Source: a virus (taxonomy: Duplodnaviria > Caudoviricetes). From it: DNA of 37,937 nucleotides. Where the stretch lies: positions 1 to 37,937 of IMG/VR virus record IMGVR_UViG_3300024232_000038; one strand, 5' to 3'. This document shows, piece by piece, positions 24,309-34,120 of the stretch (position 1 is the first letter of the stretch; each line of letters opens with the position of its first letter). The notes beneath the pieces were generated by a model that saw nothing but the letters and a program-made list of their open reading frames with translations, was not told the DNA's origin and searched no databases. The position numbers were made by a program, and so were the translations under genes.

Positions 24309-27101
24309 TTAGACCCTCCCAGGTCGCAGGGACTTGTACTTCAACTGGTACGCCCCGAGGGTGACTTCCTGAAGTGTGGTAGCCGGGTCCTCGTAGATGC
24401 GGAAGTTGAAGTACTGCGTTTTCTTGCTGAACCGCAGCCGGTGAGGCGCCCACAGCGCGGCCGTGTCGATCAGGTGGGACGTCAGTGTGATGCCCTCCGT
24501 GTTCAGACCGCGGATCGTGTCGATCATCAGCGTGCCGTTTGTGTTCTTGTGGTGGATGGTCAGCTGCTTGAACCGCTTCAGGATCAGCGGGTCCTCCATG
24601 CCGAACTTCTTCGACTCGAAGTAGAAGCTGGGGCCGACCGTGCCGAGGTCCGTGGTGATGTTGTCCACGCCCTGAGTCTCCAGCACCGTGTACACCTGAC
24701 CGAACTTGCCGACCGTGGTGTTCACGAGGTAGTAGCTGGCCGCCCCCTGCGCACCGGGCAGCGCCACGCTGCCACGGAAGGTGAGGTTGGTCAGCATCGT
24801 GACCGCGCCGGTTTTCATGTTCACGACCACGCACCAGTTCTGCGGGAACGTAGCTGCGTCGCCCTTAGTGACTGGTGTGGGTGAGGTGACTCGCTCCATG
24901 AACAGGAAATAGTGGTCACGGTCGATCATGCCCCAAGCCCGGTCGGACTCGGAGTTGAAGTTCTGCGTGAACAGCCGCCACCAACTCCCGAGAGAGTCCT
25001 CGATGACGTTCTGCACCTGCGCACCGTCGTAGAAGTAAATGCCCCCGTAGCCCGCCCACACCGCGCCGTGCTGGTACTGCACCGCGGTCATGGTCGAGAG
25101 GGTGCCATCGTCGTAGACGCCGCGCACCTCGAAGTTCGTCTCGTCCGTCCCGTACAGCCCGAATGTCTCGTCCCGCTTGAGGATGAGTAGCGAGTTGTAG
25201 CAGGGCACCAGACCCACGATCATGCGGTGAGGCTGGTTGGACGCCGAAGTAATGTCGATCCAGTCGCCCTTAGTGGCCGCGACATTCAGCCCCTCCGGGT
25301 CCCGGGGGTCCGAGAACCAGATCCGTGCCAACTCATCGTTGGACGTGGCCCGGTTCGCGTACCACTGACGGCCCGCGTAGACCGCCGTGAGGAAGCCGAC
25401 GTGGTTCGCGTCCTGCGTGGAGAGCGTCCAGAGCGTTGAGGCCCCATGCTTGATCGCCACGTATTCCTCGTCCGCCATGGCGATCGCACAGTTGGCGACC
25501 GTCTGGAGCGAGAACTCGGAAGCCACCGTGCTGACGTCCCCAATGAAGGTGAAGTCCGACAGCCGGTACAGCGACCAGTTGGTGTCCAGCCCCTGCGATT
25601 TGAACAGGGTGTCCCCGCCCGTAACCGCCTTGGAGCCGGTCGCACACGTGATGCTCCCGCGCATGACCTTGGGATGCACCCCGCGGATCGCGGTGAACGT
25701 GGACGACACCGCCGCCAACGAAACCGGGGCGGGGTCCACGAGGGTGAGCGAGGTGTTCGACTCGATGGAGGCCACGCAGCCTACCAGCCAGAACCCTGGG
25801 GTGCCCGAGAGCAGCCACATGCCTGGTGACAACTCCGTGGTGAAGGACGAGGCGACGGCCGTTACCGTCTTGCTGCCTCGCGTGGTCGTTACCGCGAAGG
25901 TGTAGTCGTTGTTCACGCCGCCCGCCCAATAGCCGAGGGCCTGGTCGTCCGTGGTACCTGCAATCAGGTCCGAGCCGCCGGTAAGAGTCGAGGCCGCCCA
26001 TGTGATCGGGCCGGAGCCGAGCGTGGTCACCGACGTAGTGGTGATGTTAGCCGCGACATCGCCTAGGGTCAGCGAGACTGCCGGGTTCGTCGGGTAGAAG
26101 TACACGTACAGATCACTGGTCACGTGATAGCACAGATAGGAAGTCACGCCCAACGCCACAACAGCGGCGGCGAAGTTGTCCGCCGTGGCCCCCGCATTGC
26201 CGCCCTTCAGAAACTGATGGCTGGTGGGTGTGCCACTCGTGATGCATGTGAATGTGTCCGAACCGACCGTCAGTGTGTCCCCGTTCGACAGGTTGCCGTC
26301 GAAGTGGAAGTACCCCCGTTTAGGGGCCACAACCGACACCGACTTGCCGTTACCCGCCGCACCTACCGGAATCGCCGTAACCGTCACCGTGCTGCTGCTG
26401 CTAGATGCCGTAACGCCCGTGTGCGCCGTGGTGGCGCTCGATACGTTCGCATCCGGCGTGCCATTGATGGCATTCTTCAGGCGGGTGGCGAGGGAGGTCG
26501 TGCTGACCTGGTGGGCGTTGATCTGGTTGGCCGTCGCATTGTTGAAGTGCGTGGAGTCCACGATGTTGTACGTTCTACCATCCACCGTGATCGAAGCCCC
26601 GTAGTAGGCGGTGGTTGCCGTACCCGTCACCTTCGCCTGCACAGCCGGGATGTCCGCGATGCGCCGCCGTAGCGTGCCCGCGGTTCCGATCATGACGCCC
26701 CGCTTGAGGGCGGGCCGCGCCTGGAACAGTTTGTACCGGGGGCTGGTGTCCAGCGTGAAGGGCCACGTGTAGTCGTCGCCCTTGGTGGTCATCGTGTCGT
26801 CGATGAAGGTCACGATCCCGTGTGTAGAATCTCCACTCCATGCGCCCACATGGATCGTACCGTCCGGGGCGGTGCAGGCCGCGAGGCCGCAGCCCTTGTA
26901 GGTCAAGGACGGTCCGATGGCCGTGATCGGCCCTCGCCGGGTGATGCGTCCCTCGTGGTGTACGAGCGCGTCCTGAAGAAGGAACGCCCCACCGTCCGGA
27001 ATCTCACTCTGCGGAACGGCCTGGACCATGCCCAGCGGTGCGCCCGGATAGGACTGCACCGTGTTAGGCGGCCCCGGTGGCATCTGGATCGGCACAGTCA
27101 T
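24309..27101 (-). CDS. Tail nozzle / tubular protein B (P22 gp10-like) with inserted Thr/Ser-rich beta domains
   Basis: Follows the adaptor; ends GRITRRG, YAGRQW..RIWFSD, LLILK..FGLYG, GIYFYDG, FESKKFG..KRFKQL fit a nozzle beta-propeller. Confidence 0.7.
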   Translation of the reverse strand: MTVPIQMPPGPPNTVQSYPGAPLGMVQAVPQSEIPDGGAFLLQDALVHHEGRITRRGPITAIGPSLTYKGCGLAACTAPDGTIHVGAWSGDSTHGIVTFIDDTMTTKGDDYTWPFTLDTSPRYKLFQARPALKRGVMIGTAGTLRRRIADIPAVQAKVTGTATTAYYGASITVDGRTYNIVDSTHFNNATANQINAHQVSTTSLATRLKNAINGTPDANVSSATTAHTGVTASSSSSTVTVTAIPVGAAGNGKSVSVVAPKRGYFHFDGNLSNGDTLTVGSDTFTCITSGTPTSHQFLKGGNAGATADNFAAAVVALGVTSYLCYHVTSDLYVYFYPTNPAVSLTLGDVAANITTTSVTTLGSGPITWAASTLTGGSDLIAGTTDDQALGYWAGGVNNDYTFAVTTTRGSKTVTAVASSFTTELSPGMWLLSGTPGFWLVGCVASIESNTSLTLVDPAPVSLAAVSSTFTAIRGVHPKVMRGSITCATGSKAVTGGDTLFKSQGLDTNWSLYRLSDFTFIGDVSTVASEFSLQTVANCAIAMADEEYVAIKHGASTLWTLSTQDANHVGFLTAVYAGRQWYANRATSNDELARIWFSDPRDPEGLNVAATKGDWIDITSASNQPHRMIVGLVPCYNSLLILKRDETFGLYGTDETNFEVRGVYDDGTLSTMTAVQYQHGAVWAGYGGIYFYDGAQVQNVIEDSLGSWWRLFTQNFNSESDRAWGMIDRDHYFLFMERVTSPTPVTKGDAATFPQNWCVVVNMKTGAVTMLTNLTFRGSVALPGAQGAASYYLVNTTVGKFGQVYTVLETQGVDNITTDLGTVGPSFYFESKKFGMEDPLILKRFKQLTIHHKNTNGTLMIDTIRGLNTEGITLTSHLIDTAALWAPHRLRFSKKTQYFNFRIYEDPATTLQEVTLGAYQLKYKSLRPGRV

Positions 27102-27107
27102 CCCTCC

Positions 27108-27755
27108 TTAGACAATCTCGTAGTCCCATTCCTCGGGGTCAACCGAGTGGATGTAGTCGGGCTGATCGAACTGGCGCTGCCAGACTGAGGCGCGCATGCG
27201 CTCGATCTTGTCCTCGAACAGGTTCTCGATGCCGACCGCCAGGTCGGTGTCATCCTCCATCACGTACAGCGCCACGAGCGCCTTCAGCACGATGGCTTCG
27301 TGGTAGTATTTCGGGATGAGGATGTCCGTCTCCAGGGAGGTGATGTCGATTTCATCCGACCACCGGAGGTACCGCAGCTTCAGCAGCCCCGTGGACGGGG
27401 CGGGCCGCGGCCACACCGTAAGGTTGGCGGCATCGAAGAAGTAGATGGTCGGGTCGCTCTGCACGTCCTGGTTGCCCAGCATGATCGTGTCCGCGTCGTC
27501 CGTGGCCACGATGCGCACGCGGTAGCCCTTGATGTTGTGCGTCAGCTTGAGCGCCGCCCGGAAGTTGTCGGGGAGGTTCTGCGGCACGCCGCTGTCCCCG
27601 TCGAAGTTCAGCTGGATGACAGCCTCCAGAAAGGGCCACGGCTCCATCGCCTCGATCTGCCAGATGGCCTCCTGGATCTTGCTCACCTTGCGGTCGTCAG
27701 AGGTGTCCGTGAATCCGTAGTCGTCAATCTCGTCCACCATGTCCTGAATGTTCAC
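27108..27755 (-). CDS. Head-tail adaptor / tail tubular protein A
   Basis: I.EA..QI....PWPFLE, LPDNF, P.IY, LTVWPRP..L.LRY, ILIPKYYHEAIV..AL. Confidence 0.75.
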   Translation of the reverse strand: MNIQDMVDEIDDYGFTDTSDDRKVSKIQEAIWQIEAMEPWPFLEAVIQLNFDGDSGVPQNLPDNFRAALKLTHNIKGYRVRIVATDDADTIMLGNQDVQSDPTIYFFDAANLTVWPRPAPSTGLLKLRYLRWSDEIDITSLETDILIPKYYHEAIVLKALVALYVMEDDTDLAVGIENLFEDKIERMRASVWQRQFDQPDYIHSVDPEEWDYEIV

Positions 27756-27756
27756 G

Positions 27757-28149
27757 TTACCCCCTTTCGCCGCGTGTTGCGTGCTCTGCGTATTCGGCCC
27801 ACTCGCCCGCGGCCTCCGAGGCAGCCTGGCTTAGCTCGGCCTTCTTGCGCTCGTTGTGCCGGACGATGGCGTTCACGATGCGCTCGGCGTTCCGGCGCAC
27901 GTCGCCCTTGAAAAGTTTCTCCAGGATCAGTTCCCGGGACGGGGCCTCGGGTGAGAACCCCAGCGAGAGGACAGGGTGCGGGTTCGCACCGTCGCGCTTC
28001 TTGCACACGAGCCATTCGCCCTCGGGCCTGCGGCCCAGCGTGAGCGAATCGTCGTACTCGCGCACCGTGTTCTGCGCGTCGCGCCAGCCCGGGGGCATGT
28101 ACCCCTGCGGAGTCCAGATCCCCTTATCAGGTGTGGCTACTTCTGACAC
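27757..28149 (-). CDS. Hypothetical protein between capsid and adaptor
   Basis: GGGAGG SD, GTG start; fills the gap. Confidence 0.7.
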   Translation of the reverse strand: MSEVATPDKGIWTPQGYMPPGWRDAQNTVREYDDSLTLGRRPEGEWLVCKKRDGANPHPVLSLGFSPEAPSRELILEKLFKGDVRRNAERIVNAIVRHNERKKAELSQAASEAAGEWAEYAEHATRGERG

Positions 28150-28169
28150 GTTCCTCCCTTGAGTAGTGG

Positions 28170-28197
28170 TGCGGAGGGGGCCGAAGCCCCCTCCACA
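28170..28197 (-). terminator. cUUCGg stem-loop after the major capsid gene (U-tract-less terminator or mRNA stabiliser)
   Basis: Minus strand reads UGUGGAGGGGGC-UUCG-GCCCCCUCCGCA, about 10 nt after the capsid stop. Confidence 0.75.
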
Positions 28198-28206
28198 GCT
28201 TGCGTC

Positions 28207-29481
28207 TTAGACGCCGTTCGTCTCCGTCAAGCCGAAGATGACAGCCGACGTGTTCCGCCTGTCCGTACCCATGTTGGCGTACTTGAACAGAACGCTCTGG
28301 AACGCGTCCTTGTTGTCAACCCACTTGATCGTCAGACCGTCGCGGCTCAGGAAGTCCCACTCGCCAGGCGAGAAGAACTCGATGTGCTTCGTGTCGAGGT
28401 AGTACACCTTCCCCCACGGGGCGAGGCGATCAGGCTGAAGCGTGATCGGACCCTCACCGACGTTGAAGGAAATCGACTCGAAGCCGCCCTTGAGCGCAGT
28501 CGTGTTGACGAACTGCACCTTACCGGCGAAGTCGTTGGACGAGAACAGCCGCCTAACCTGCCCCGGCGTGGTCACCGCGGTGATGTCCGAAGCCTTCGCA
28601 CCCGCAGCGTTCGCCTTGTTGAAAATCTTCATGAAAAGATCCAACGAGACGGCGCCCGAGTCCGGAGCGTCCGAAGCATCCTCCGCGATGTTCCGCCAGA
28701 AGCGGGTCGTGGACGGGTTGATCCCACCAACGTTCGTCTGCGTGGACGGTGACGTGGAAACGAGCGACTGGATGCCAGCCGTCATCTCCGCCGTCCCCTG
28801 CGAGTCGTTGGCCTTCTCGCGGAACACCTTATCGCCGTTGGCGATAGAAGCCTTGGTGCCCTCTGCGATATAGACCGTCGCAAGGTCAGGGTCAACGTCC
28901 ACAATCTCCATCGACGCGGCCTTGGCGGTGGGCGTGTTGATCGAGCCAACGTCCATCACGAAGCCGGGATAGAGATACCCCTTGACGATGGCCTCGGCGC
29001 TCGTGAGCGTGAGGACATCGGGGTTGCCGGTGCCACCAGTGGCGGCCGACGACACGGTTGCAACGACACCATCGCCGTTGCCGTACACCTGGCGCGCGAA
29101 GTCGAGCGCGAGGTCGTCACGGATGCGATCCAACTCGGAACGCATCGCGCGAATCCAGCTACCTGCATCTGTCCGCGTGCGGACGATCGCCGGACCGGAC
29201 ACCAGAATCTTGCCGTACAGATAGGCCAGGTCGTACTTGGCCTGCGTGTACTTCTGGACGCCCGCATCCGGGAGGTCTGCCAGTTCGCGCCTAGCACCAA
29301 CACCCTTGGACCGGCTGTAGTGCAGAGCGAGAACCGCCTCAAGACCCTCGATGTCCTCCGTGTTCAGGTTCAGAATCTGCATAACGAGAATCTCGTTATT
29401 CAGCTGCTCCCGAACCTTGGGGAGGTAGAGGCGCTTGAGCACGTCGGACAATGTGGCGGAAGTTCCACCAACATTGGCCAT
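28207..29481 (-). CDS. Major capsid protein
   Basis: 424 aa directly after the scaffold. LK.LY...V.EQLN, E..DLP.AG, Y.YG.I..SG, D.ARQVYG.G.G and terminal HK97-type strands; followed by a strong hairpin. Confidence 0.85.
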   Translation of the reverse strand: MANVGGTSATLSDVLKRLYLPKVREQLNNEILVMQILNLNTEDIEGLEAVLALHYSRSKGVGARRELADLPDAGVQKYTQAKYDLAYLYGKILVSGPAIVRTRTDAGSWIRAMRSELDRIRDDLALDFARQVYGNGDGVVATVSSAATGGTGNPDVLTLTSAEAIVKGYLYPGFVMDVGSINTPTAKAASMEIVDVDPDLATVYIAEGTKASIANGDKVFREKANDSQGTAEMTAGIQSLVSTSPSTQTNVGGINPSTTRFWRNIAEDASDAPDSGAVSLDLFMKIFNKANAAGAKASDITAVTTPGQVRRLFSSNDFAGKVQFVNTTALKGGFESISFNVGEGPITLQPDRLAPWGKVYYLDTKHIEFFSPGEWDFLSRDGLTIKWVDNKDAFQSVLFKYANMGTDRRNTSAVIFGLTETNGV

Positions 29482-29514
29482 TATGACTCCCTTTGGTCGA
29501 TGTTACGGGATTAT

Positions 29515-29530
29515 GCACCCAAAGGGGTGC
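29515..29530 (-). promoter_or_regulatory. Short hairpin in the capsid leader
   Basis: GCACCC-AAAG-GGGTGC perfect 6-bp inverted repeat between the scaffold stop and capsid SD. Confidence 0.4.
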
Positions 29531-29538
29531 GCGGCCAC

Positions 29539-30507
29539 TTAGAAGTTTTCGAGAGCGCCGCTCTCGTCAATGATCCTCGCGGCCAACGCGTCAACATCCT
29601 TGTCCGTCATCTCGGTCGCTTCGACGGGCTGGCCTGAAGCCACCCCTGCGCCGGGATGCGGATGAATGCCTGGCGTATCCTGGACACTTCCTTTCTGCTC
29701 CAGGTAGCGTGCGATGGCGCGCTCGTTCTGCGCCTTGTACGCCGCCTCGGCTTGGAAAAGATTGCCCTTGTAGTAGCTACTCAACTCGTAGATGGCGTTG
29801 ATGTCGTCATCGTCGAAGTTCTTGTTCGACTGACGGATCACCGTCTCCTGCCGGGTCAGTTCCCCAGCGAGGGCGAGTAGCTCCTGTTCCTGCTTTTGAG
29901 CGACACGCTCGGCCTGAATCTCCTGGCTCAGTGAGTCGAAGCGACTCTCCAGGGACTCAAGGTATGCCTTCACATCGGGATCTTCGAGGTCCTCCAGCGA
30001 CGGCCGTGACGGGGCCGCGGGAGCCGCGTCCTGCATCTGAGAGGTGGCCTCCGCCCTGGCCGCAGCCGGGGACATGCCCATGTTCTCAAGTGCAGCCGTC
30101 AGTTCCGCGTGGACCTGGGGCCAGTTCGTCGGATCGCTCAATGCAGACTGGAACTCCAGCGCCGCAGCGATCTGCTCGGGGTCACCGAACTGATCGTACA
30201 CCTTGGACTTCTCAGCCAGTTCCTGCGTCTTGCGTGTGTAGTCGCCCTGGAAGGACTTGTAGGCCGTCTCGATGCGCTCGCGCGCAGCGGGATCGGACAC
30301 GCCCTCAAGGAGACTCGCAAGGTCCGCACGTGTGAAGCTGTCGTCCACCGCCGGAGCGGTTTCGACAGGTGCCGACTCTGAGGGAGTGGGCTGGGACTCG
30401 CTTGCTTCCGGTGTTGGGACTTCGAGGGGGGCGGACTCCGCCTCCGCTTCGACTTCCTGTGACGCCTGAAGTGCAGCAACAGCCTCGTCGAACGTCATCT
30501 CACTCAA
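29539..30507 (-). CDS. Capsid scaffolding protein
   Basis: Acidic, helical; YKSFQGDYTRKTQELAE motif; directly upstream of the capsid gene. Confidence 0.85.
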   Translation of the reverse strand: MSEMTFDEAVAALQASQEVEAEAESAPLEVPTPEASESQPTPSESAPVETAPAVDDSFTRADLASLLEGVSDPAARERIETAYKSFQGDYTRKTQELAEKSKVYDQFGDPEQIAAALEFQSALSDPTNWPQVHAELTAALENMGMSPAAARAEATSQMQDAAPAAPSRPSLEDLEDPDVKAYLESLESRFDSLSQEIQAERVAQKQEQELLALAGELTRQETVIRQSNKNFDDDDINAIYELSSYYKGNLFQAEAAYKAQNERAIARYLEQKGSVQDTPGIHPHPGAGVASGQPVEATEMTDKDVDALAARIIDESGALENF

Positions 30508-30534
30508 TGTACTACCTTTCGGTCAGGAGGGTGT

Positions 30535-31041
30535 CTAAGACTTGTCCTCCGATTCGCTGACGATGTGACCTTCGATCACGTCGCCAGACTCAAGTTCCTT
30601 CCTGCGCTCGCTGGCCGCCTGAATGGCGCCCGAGACGAAGCCCTGCACTAGCTCCTGGAGTTCCTCCGGAGCCGGAAGGATGTGCGTATGTTCCACGCGG
30701 GTCGTGGCCAAACCTCTGACGAGTGCGACCTTATCAGTGAGCATGCCCACCATGGCGACCAGCGCCGAAGGCGTGGCCGAGGGGATCTTACGCTCTAGTT
30801 CGCTCAGAGCCTTGTCACGTACCCGCTCCGCATCCGCGATGAAGTCGGTCGCCTCAAGGGCGACCAGACTCACATCGGGAGGCGATTCCTCATTGGTTTC
30901 CCACAGGTCTTTCCACCGCCGGACGGTCGTGTGGGGAACCCCGGTGTCACGGGCGGTGCGCTTTACGTTTCCACCGTTGGCTCGCAGACATACGAAAACG
31001 CGAGCCTTGTCGCTGTCCGAGTATTGCGGCTTACCCGCCAT
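30535..31041 (-). CDS. HTH protein, probable terminase small subunit
   Basis: YSDSDKA..L.ANGGNVKRTARDTGVPHTTVRRW, then L..MVGMLTDK..L.RG.AT.RVE. Confidence 0.55.
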   Translation of the reverse strand: MAGKPQYSDSDKARVFVCLRANGGNVKRTARDTGVPHTTVRRWKDLWETNEESPPDVSLVALEATDFIADAERVRDKALSELERKIPSATPSALVAMVGMLTDKVALVRGLATTRVEHTHILPAPEELQELVQGFVSGAIQAASERRKELESGDVIEGHIVSESEDKS

Positions 31042-31053
31042 GTGTCACCATCC

Positions 31054-31311
31054 TTACGCGGAACCCTTGATGTAGCCCGCGGTAATGAGGGCTGTGCGCA
31101 GCTGGTTGACCAGAGCGATCAACGAGTCGCGGTTGCCCGAAGTGTCGTACGCACCAGCGGTGGCGCCAGTTCCACCAGCCGGAGCCGCGGCCTGCGCGGC
31201 TGAAGCAGTCTGGACCGCCTTGTGAGCGGTAACCAGCTTCTGATGAAGCGCGAGGCTATCGTTGACAGCCCCCGCGTCGATCAGCGCCTGGAATTCGGCC
31301 TTAGTCGGCAT
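31054..31311 (-). CDS. Head fibre/decoration protein
   Basis: A/G-rich; terminal LIALVNQLRTALITAGYI resembles head-fibre trimerisation helices. Confidence 0.6.
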   Translation of the reverse strand: MPTKAEFQALIDAGAVNDSLALHQKLVTAHKAVQTASAAQAAAPAGGTGATAGAYDTSGNRDSLIALVNQLRTALITAGYIKGSA

Positions 31312-31342
31312 ATGTCACCTCCCTTCGCATGAATCGCTAGAC

Positions 31343-33802
31343 TTACCCTTGTTCGCCTCCCGGCGGACGCTGCGCAGCCTGTTGCATCTGCTGCATCTTC
31401 GCCTGGTGGGCCTCAGCCTGGTGATCCATGCCCTGAGCCTGCTGGGCCTGTGCCGCCTGGTGCTGTGCCTCGTTGTGTGTCATCTTCTGCTGGGCGAGCG
31501 CCATCTCGTGCGCGCCCTTGGCGGCGTTCAGCTGCATCGTCTGAGCCGCGAGCGCCATGTCGGCCTCGCTCAGCTTGTCGTTGCCAGCTTCGTCCTGGTC
31601 AGGTAGATCCATGCTGTCGTACACCGACGTCTCCAGCGGTGCCTCCGTGAACTGCTCCGCGGTGGCCTCCGGGACGCCCGACTTCTGGAGAATCTCAGCA
31701 GCAACCGTAGGACCAACGGTGCCCTTGAGGGACAGCGTGGTGCGCACCGGCTGCGACGGGGCCGATCCAGCTGCCTGCTGGCCCATAGTCTGCTGGGTCA
31801 GAGCGAAGTGCTGGATGAACCTCTGCTGGACTTCCGGGCCGTACTTCTCGAACTCTGGCGTGACCATGTACTCCTGGAGCACGCGCAGGTGGACGGGGAG
31901 GTTCTCCCACGGCAGGGGGCTGAGCGCGGCCTGCATGACGAACGCCTGCGCTTCCTCCTGCGACTGGAACGGCTGCCCGGTCTGCGGGTTCGGCTGGCCA
32001 CTCTGGACCGCCTGCGCCGCCTGCTGGGCCGCCATCACGTTGATAGGCTGCCCGGTGAGCAGCTTCTCAATCTCGCGGTACGCCTGATCCTCGTCCCCCG
32101 CCATCTGCTTGGCGATGCCGGTCAGGTTGCTGATGCCGAGGTACGGCAGCGCATCCTGCGGACTGATCGCCTGCATCTGCACGAGTTCCTTAATCTGCAT
32201 CATGCGGCCCGCCTTCGACTGCGGCAGACCGGAACCCGACTCCGCCTTGAGGCCGAAGCCGCCAGCGAGGTCGGTGTTCATGAACTTCTTGACCTGGGTG
32301 CTCCCGCCCGTGCCGCGCAGCTTGAGCATGCGAGGCTCGATGTAGTACTTCTGCGCCAGCTGGAGCATGAGCATCCCCGCCTCAGCGAGGGCTTCCTCGA
32401 TGCGACCAATCTCGGGCGAAAGCTGGTCAGCCACCGCCTCCTGGATCAGTTCCACCGTGTAGCCCGCGTCCACGCGCGGGGGAAGGGAGCTACGCTCGGT
32501 CGGGATCTTGTTGAAGATGCTGTCGATCCGGCGTTGCACGTCCGCCAGATGCTCGAACACGTAGGGCGGGAGGTTCGGCAGCTGCCGCCACTCGGGCGCG
32601 AGGCCCGCAATCGGCTGGTACTCGAACACGGCCCCCGGCTCGTCGGTGATCCGCTGTCGGAGCGAGCCGACCGGCGCCACCATCTGCGGCTTGAGCGTCA
32701 GGTTCTTGTGCATCACGATCTGGCTGATCGTCCGGTTCAGTTCCTTGTTCAGCCCGCGAGCCTGCGACACGCGCGGCGCATCGGCCGAGGTGTCGGGGTT
32801 CAGCGTGCCGGGGAACTTCACCAGCGGCAGATCGTTGAAGGGGTACGGCCAGTCCGTCGAGGCCAGGATCTTGTTCGGCCCCTCGATCCAGGCGACGTAG
32901 CGCCCCTTCGGGAGGACGAGGCTCGGCTTGAAGTAGCCGATGAACACGTCCTTGGTGATCTTCTTCGGAGCGGTCGTCCGCGAGGCCGGAAACGCAAGGT
33001 CCTGCGGCACGGAGTCCGGCGTGACCGTGACTCCCCAGCGCGCCTTGATTTCCTCGGGGTCCATGGGGTGCGTGCAGATCACGTAGTTGGCGTACTCGAT
33101 AGATGAGACGGTCGGATCGACGAGCACCTGCTCGCCGGACATGACCTCCACCTTGATGTCGCCCAGCATGATCGTTTTCTGCACCTGCGAGAGGACCTCC
33201 TGCGGGTCCATGCCCTGCTCCTTGGCCATCGCCTCGATCTGGTCCTTGTAGGCGTCGGCCAGTTCCATGTCCGTGACCGGGGCGCCCGTCTCCGGGTCGA
33301 GCATGATCTGCATTTGCTTCCCGGCGTAGGGGTCCCAGCTGATCTTCCAGTAGCCCTCGCTCAGCTGCGCGTGCAGCAGCGCCCGCTCCAGCTTGGACTT
33401 CATCTTGAACTCGCCCCACCAGTACTCGAACAGCCCCTCCGCCAGTTCGGCGGCCTTCTGGTCCCGCTCAGCGCCGGAGTTGGCGGTGGCATGGAACACG
33501 GGGCGCGTCTTGGTCAGCTGGGCGATGATGTTCTGGACACCGGGTAGGATCTGGTTCGACACGAGCCGCACCTTGTGGCGGCCCTCGCTCGTCTCCACGA
33601 CGGGCGGAAGGGACTCCACCTGGACCTGGCTCTCGTTCCACCACGCCCACTGGTTGCCCTTGTAGAACTCACGGTTCAGCGCCCACTCGCGCTTGTTCTC
33701 GCGGCGAGCCTGTTCCAACTCGCCCCGTTTCGCTGCCAAGAGGTTCGCATCACGGATGATGTCCCGCAACTGCGCGGGGGCCTTTACGGGTGTGTCCGCC
33801 AT
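31343..33802 (-). CDS. Portal protein with long Q/A-rich C-terminal extension
   Basis: 819 aa downstream of TerL; W..N..FY.GNQW, N.I.P.V...A.L...P, LNKELNRTISQI, PGAVFEY. Confidence 0.85.
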   Translation of the reverse strand: MADTPVKAPAQLRDIIRDANLLAAKRGELEQARRENKREWALNREFYKGNQWAWWNESQVQVESLPPVVETSEGRHKVRLVSNQILPGVQNIIAQLTKTRPVFHATANSGAERDQKAAELAEGLFEYWWGEFKMKSKLERALLHAQLSEGYWKISWDPYAGKQMQIMLDPETGAPVTDMELADAYKDQIEAMAKEQGMDPQEVLSQVQKTIMLGDIKVEVMSGEQVLVDPTVSSIEYANYVICTHPMDPEEIKARWGVTVTPDSVPQDLAFPASRTTAPKKITKDVFIGYFKPSLVLPKGRYVAWIEGPNKILASTDWPYPFNDLPLVKFPGTLNPDTSADAPRVSQARGLNKELNRTISQIVMHKNLTLKPQMVAPVGSLRQRITDEPGAVFEYQPIAGLAPEWRQLPNLPPYVFEHLADVQRRIDSIFNKIPTERSSLPPRVDAGYTVELIQEAVADQLSPEIGRIEEALAEAGMLMLQLAQKYYIEPRMLKLRGTGGSTQVKKFMNTDLAGGFGLKAESGSGLPQSKAGRMMQIKELVQMQAISPQDALPYLGISNLTGIAKQMAGDEDQAYREIEKLLTGQPINVMAAQQAAQAVQSGQPNPQTGQPFQSQEEAQAFVMQAALSPLPWENLPVHLRVLQEYMVTPEFEKYGPEVQQRFIQHFALTQQTMGQQAAGSAPSQPVRTTLSLKGTVGPTVAAEILQKSGVPEATAEQFTEAPLETSVYDSMDLPDQDEAGNDKLSEADMALAAQTMQLNAAKGAHEMALAQQKMTHNEAQHQAAQAQQAQGMDHQAEAHQAKMQQMQQAAQRPPGGEQG

Positions 33803-33805
33803 ACG

Positions 33806-34120
33806 CTACACCTCCTCAAACAGTGGGTCGATCGGCCGCTCGTCCTCGGACTTCTCCCCGAAGCCCATGGCCTGTAGTGCGGCCTTCATTTCTTCCTCGT
33901 CGATGTGACCGTCTGCGAACAACTGCCGGAACTCGGCTTCCTCATCGCTGACGTAGGGCGGAAAGCCCTCCTGAATCGGCAGAAGCTGACTCGGGTTGAG
34001 CGCGGGGGCGGAGGGTACGAAGCCCTGGGGCCGCTGCGCTAGCTGCTGGCGGAGGTAGTCTACCTCGTCTGCCAGCACGGCGATCGTCTGGTCCTTCGCT
34101 TGACACGCTTTGCAGCGCAT
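33806..34120 (-). CDS. Hypothetical protein (N-terminal CxxC + coiled coil)
   Basis: TAATG coupling to the terL stop; MRCKACQAKD. Confidence 0.7.
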   Translation of the reverse strand: MRCKACQAKDQTIAVLADEVDYLRQQLAQRPQGFVPSAPALNPSQLLPIQEGFPPYVSDEEAEFRQLFADGHIDEEEMKAALQAMGFGEKSEDERPIDPLFEEV

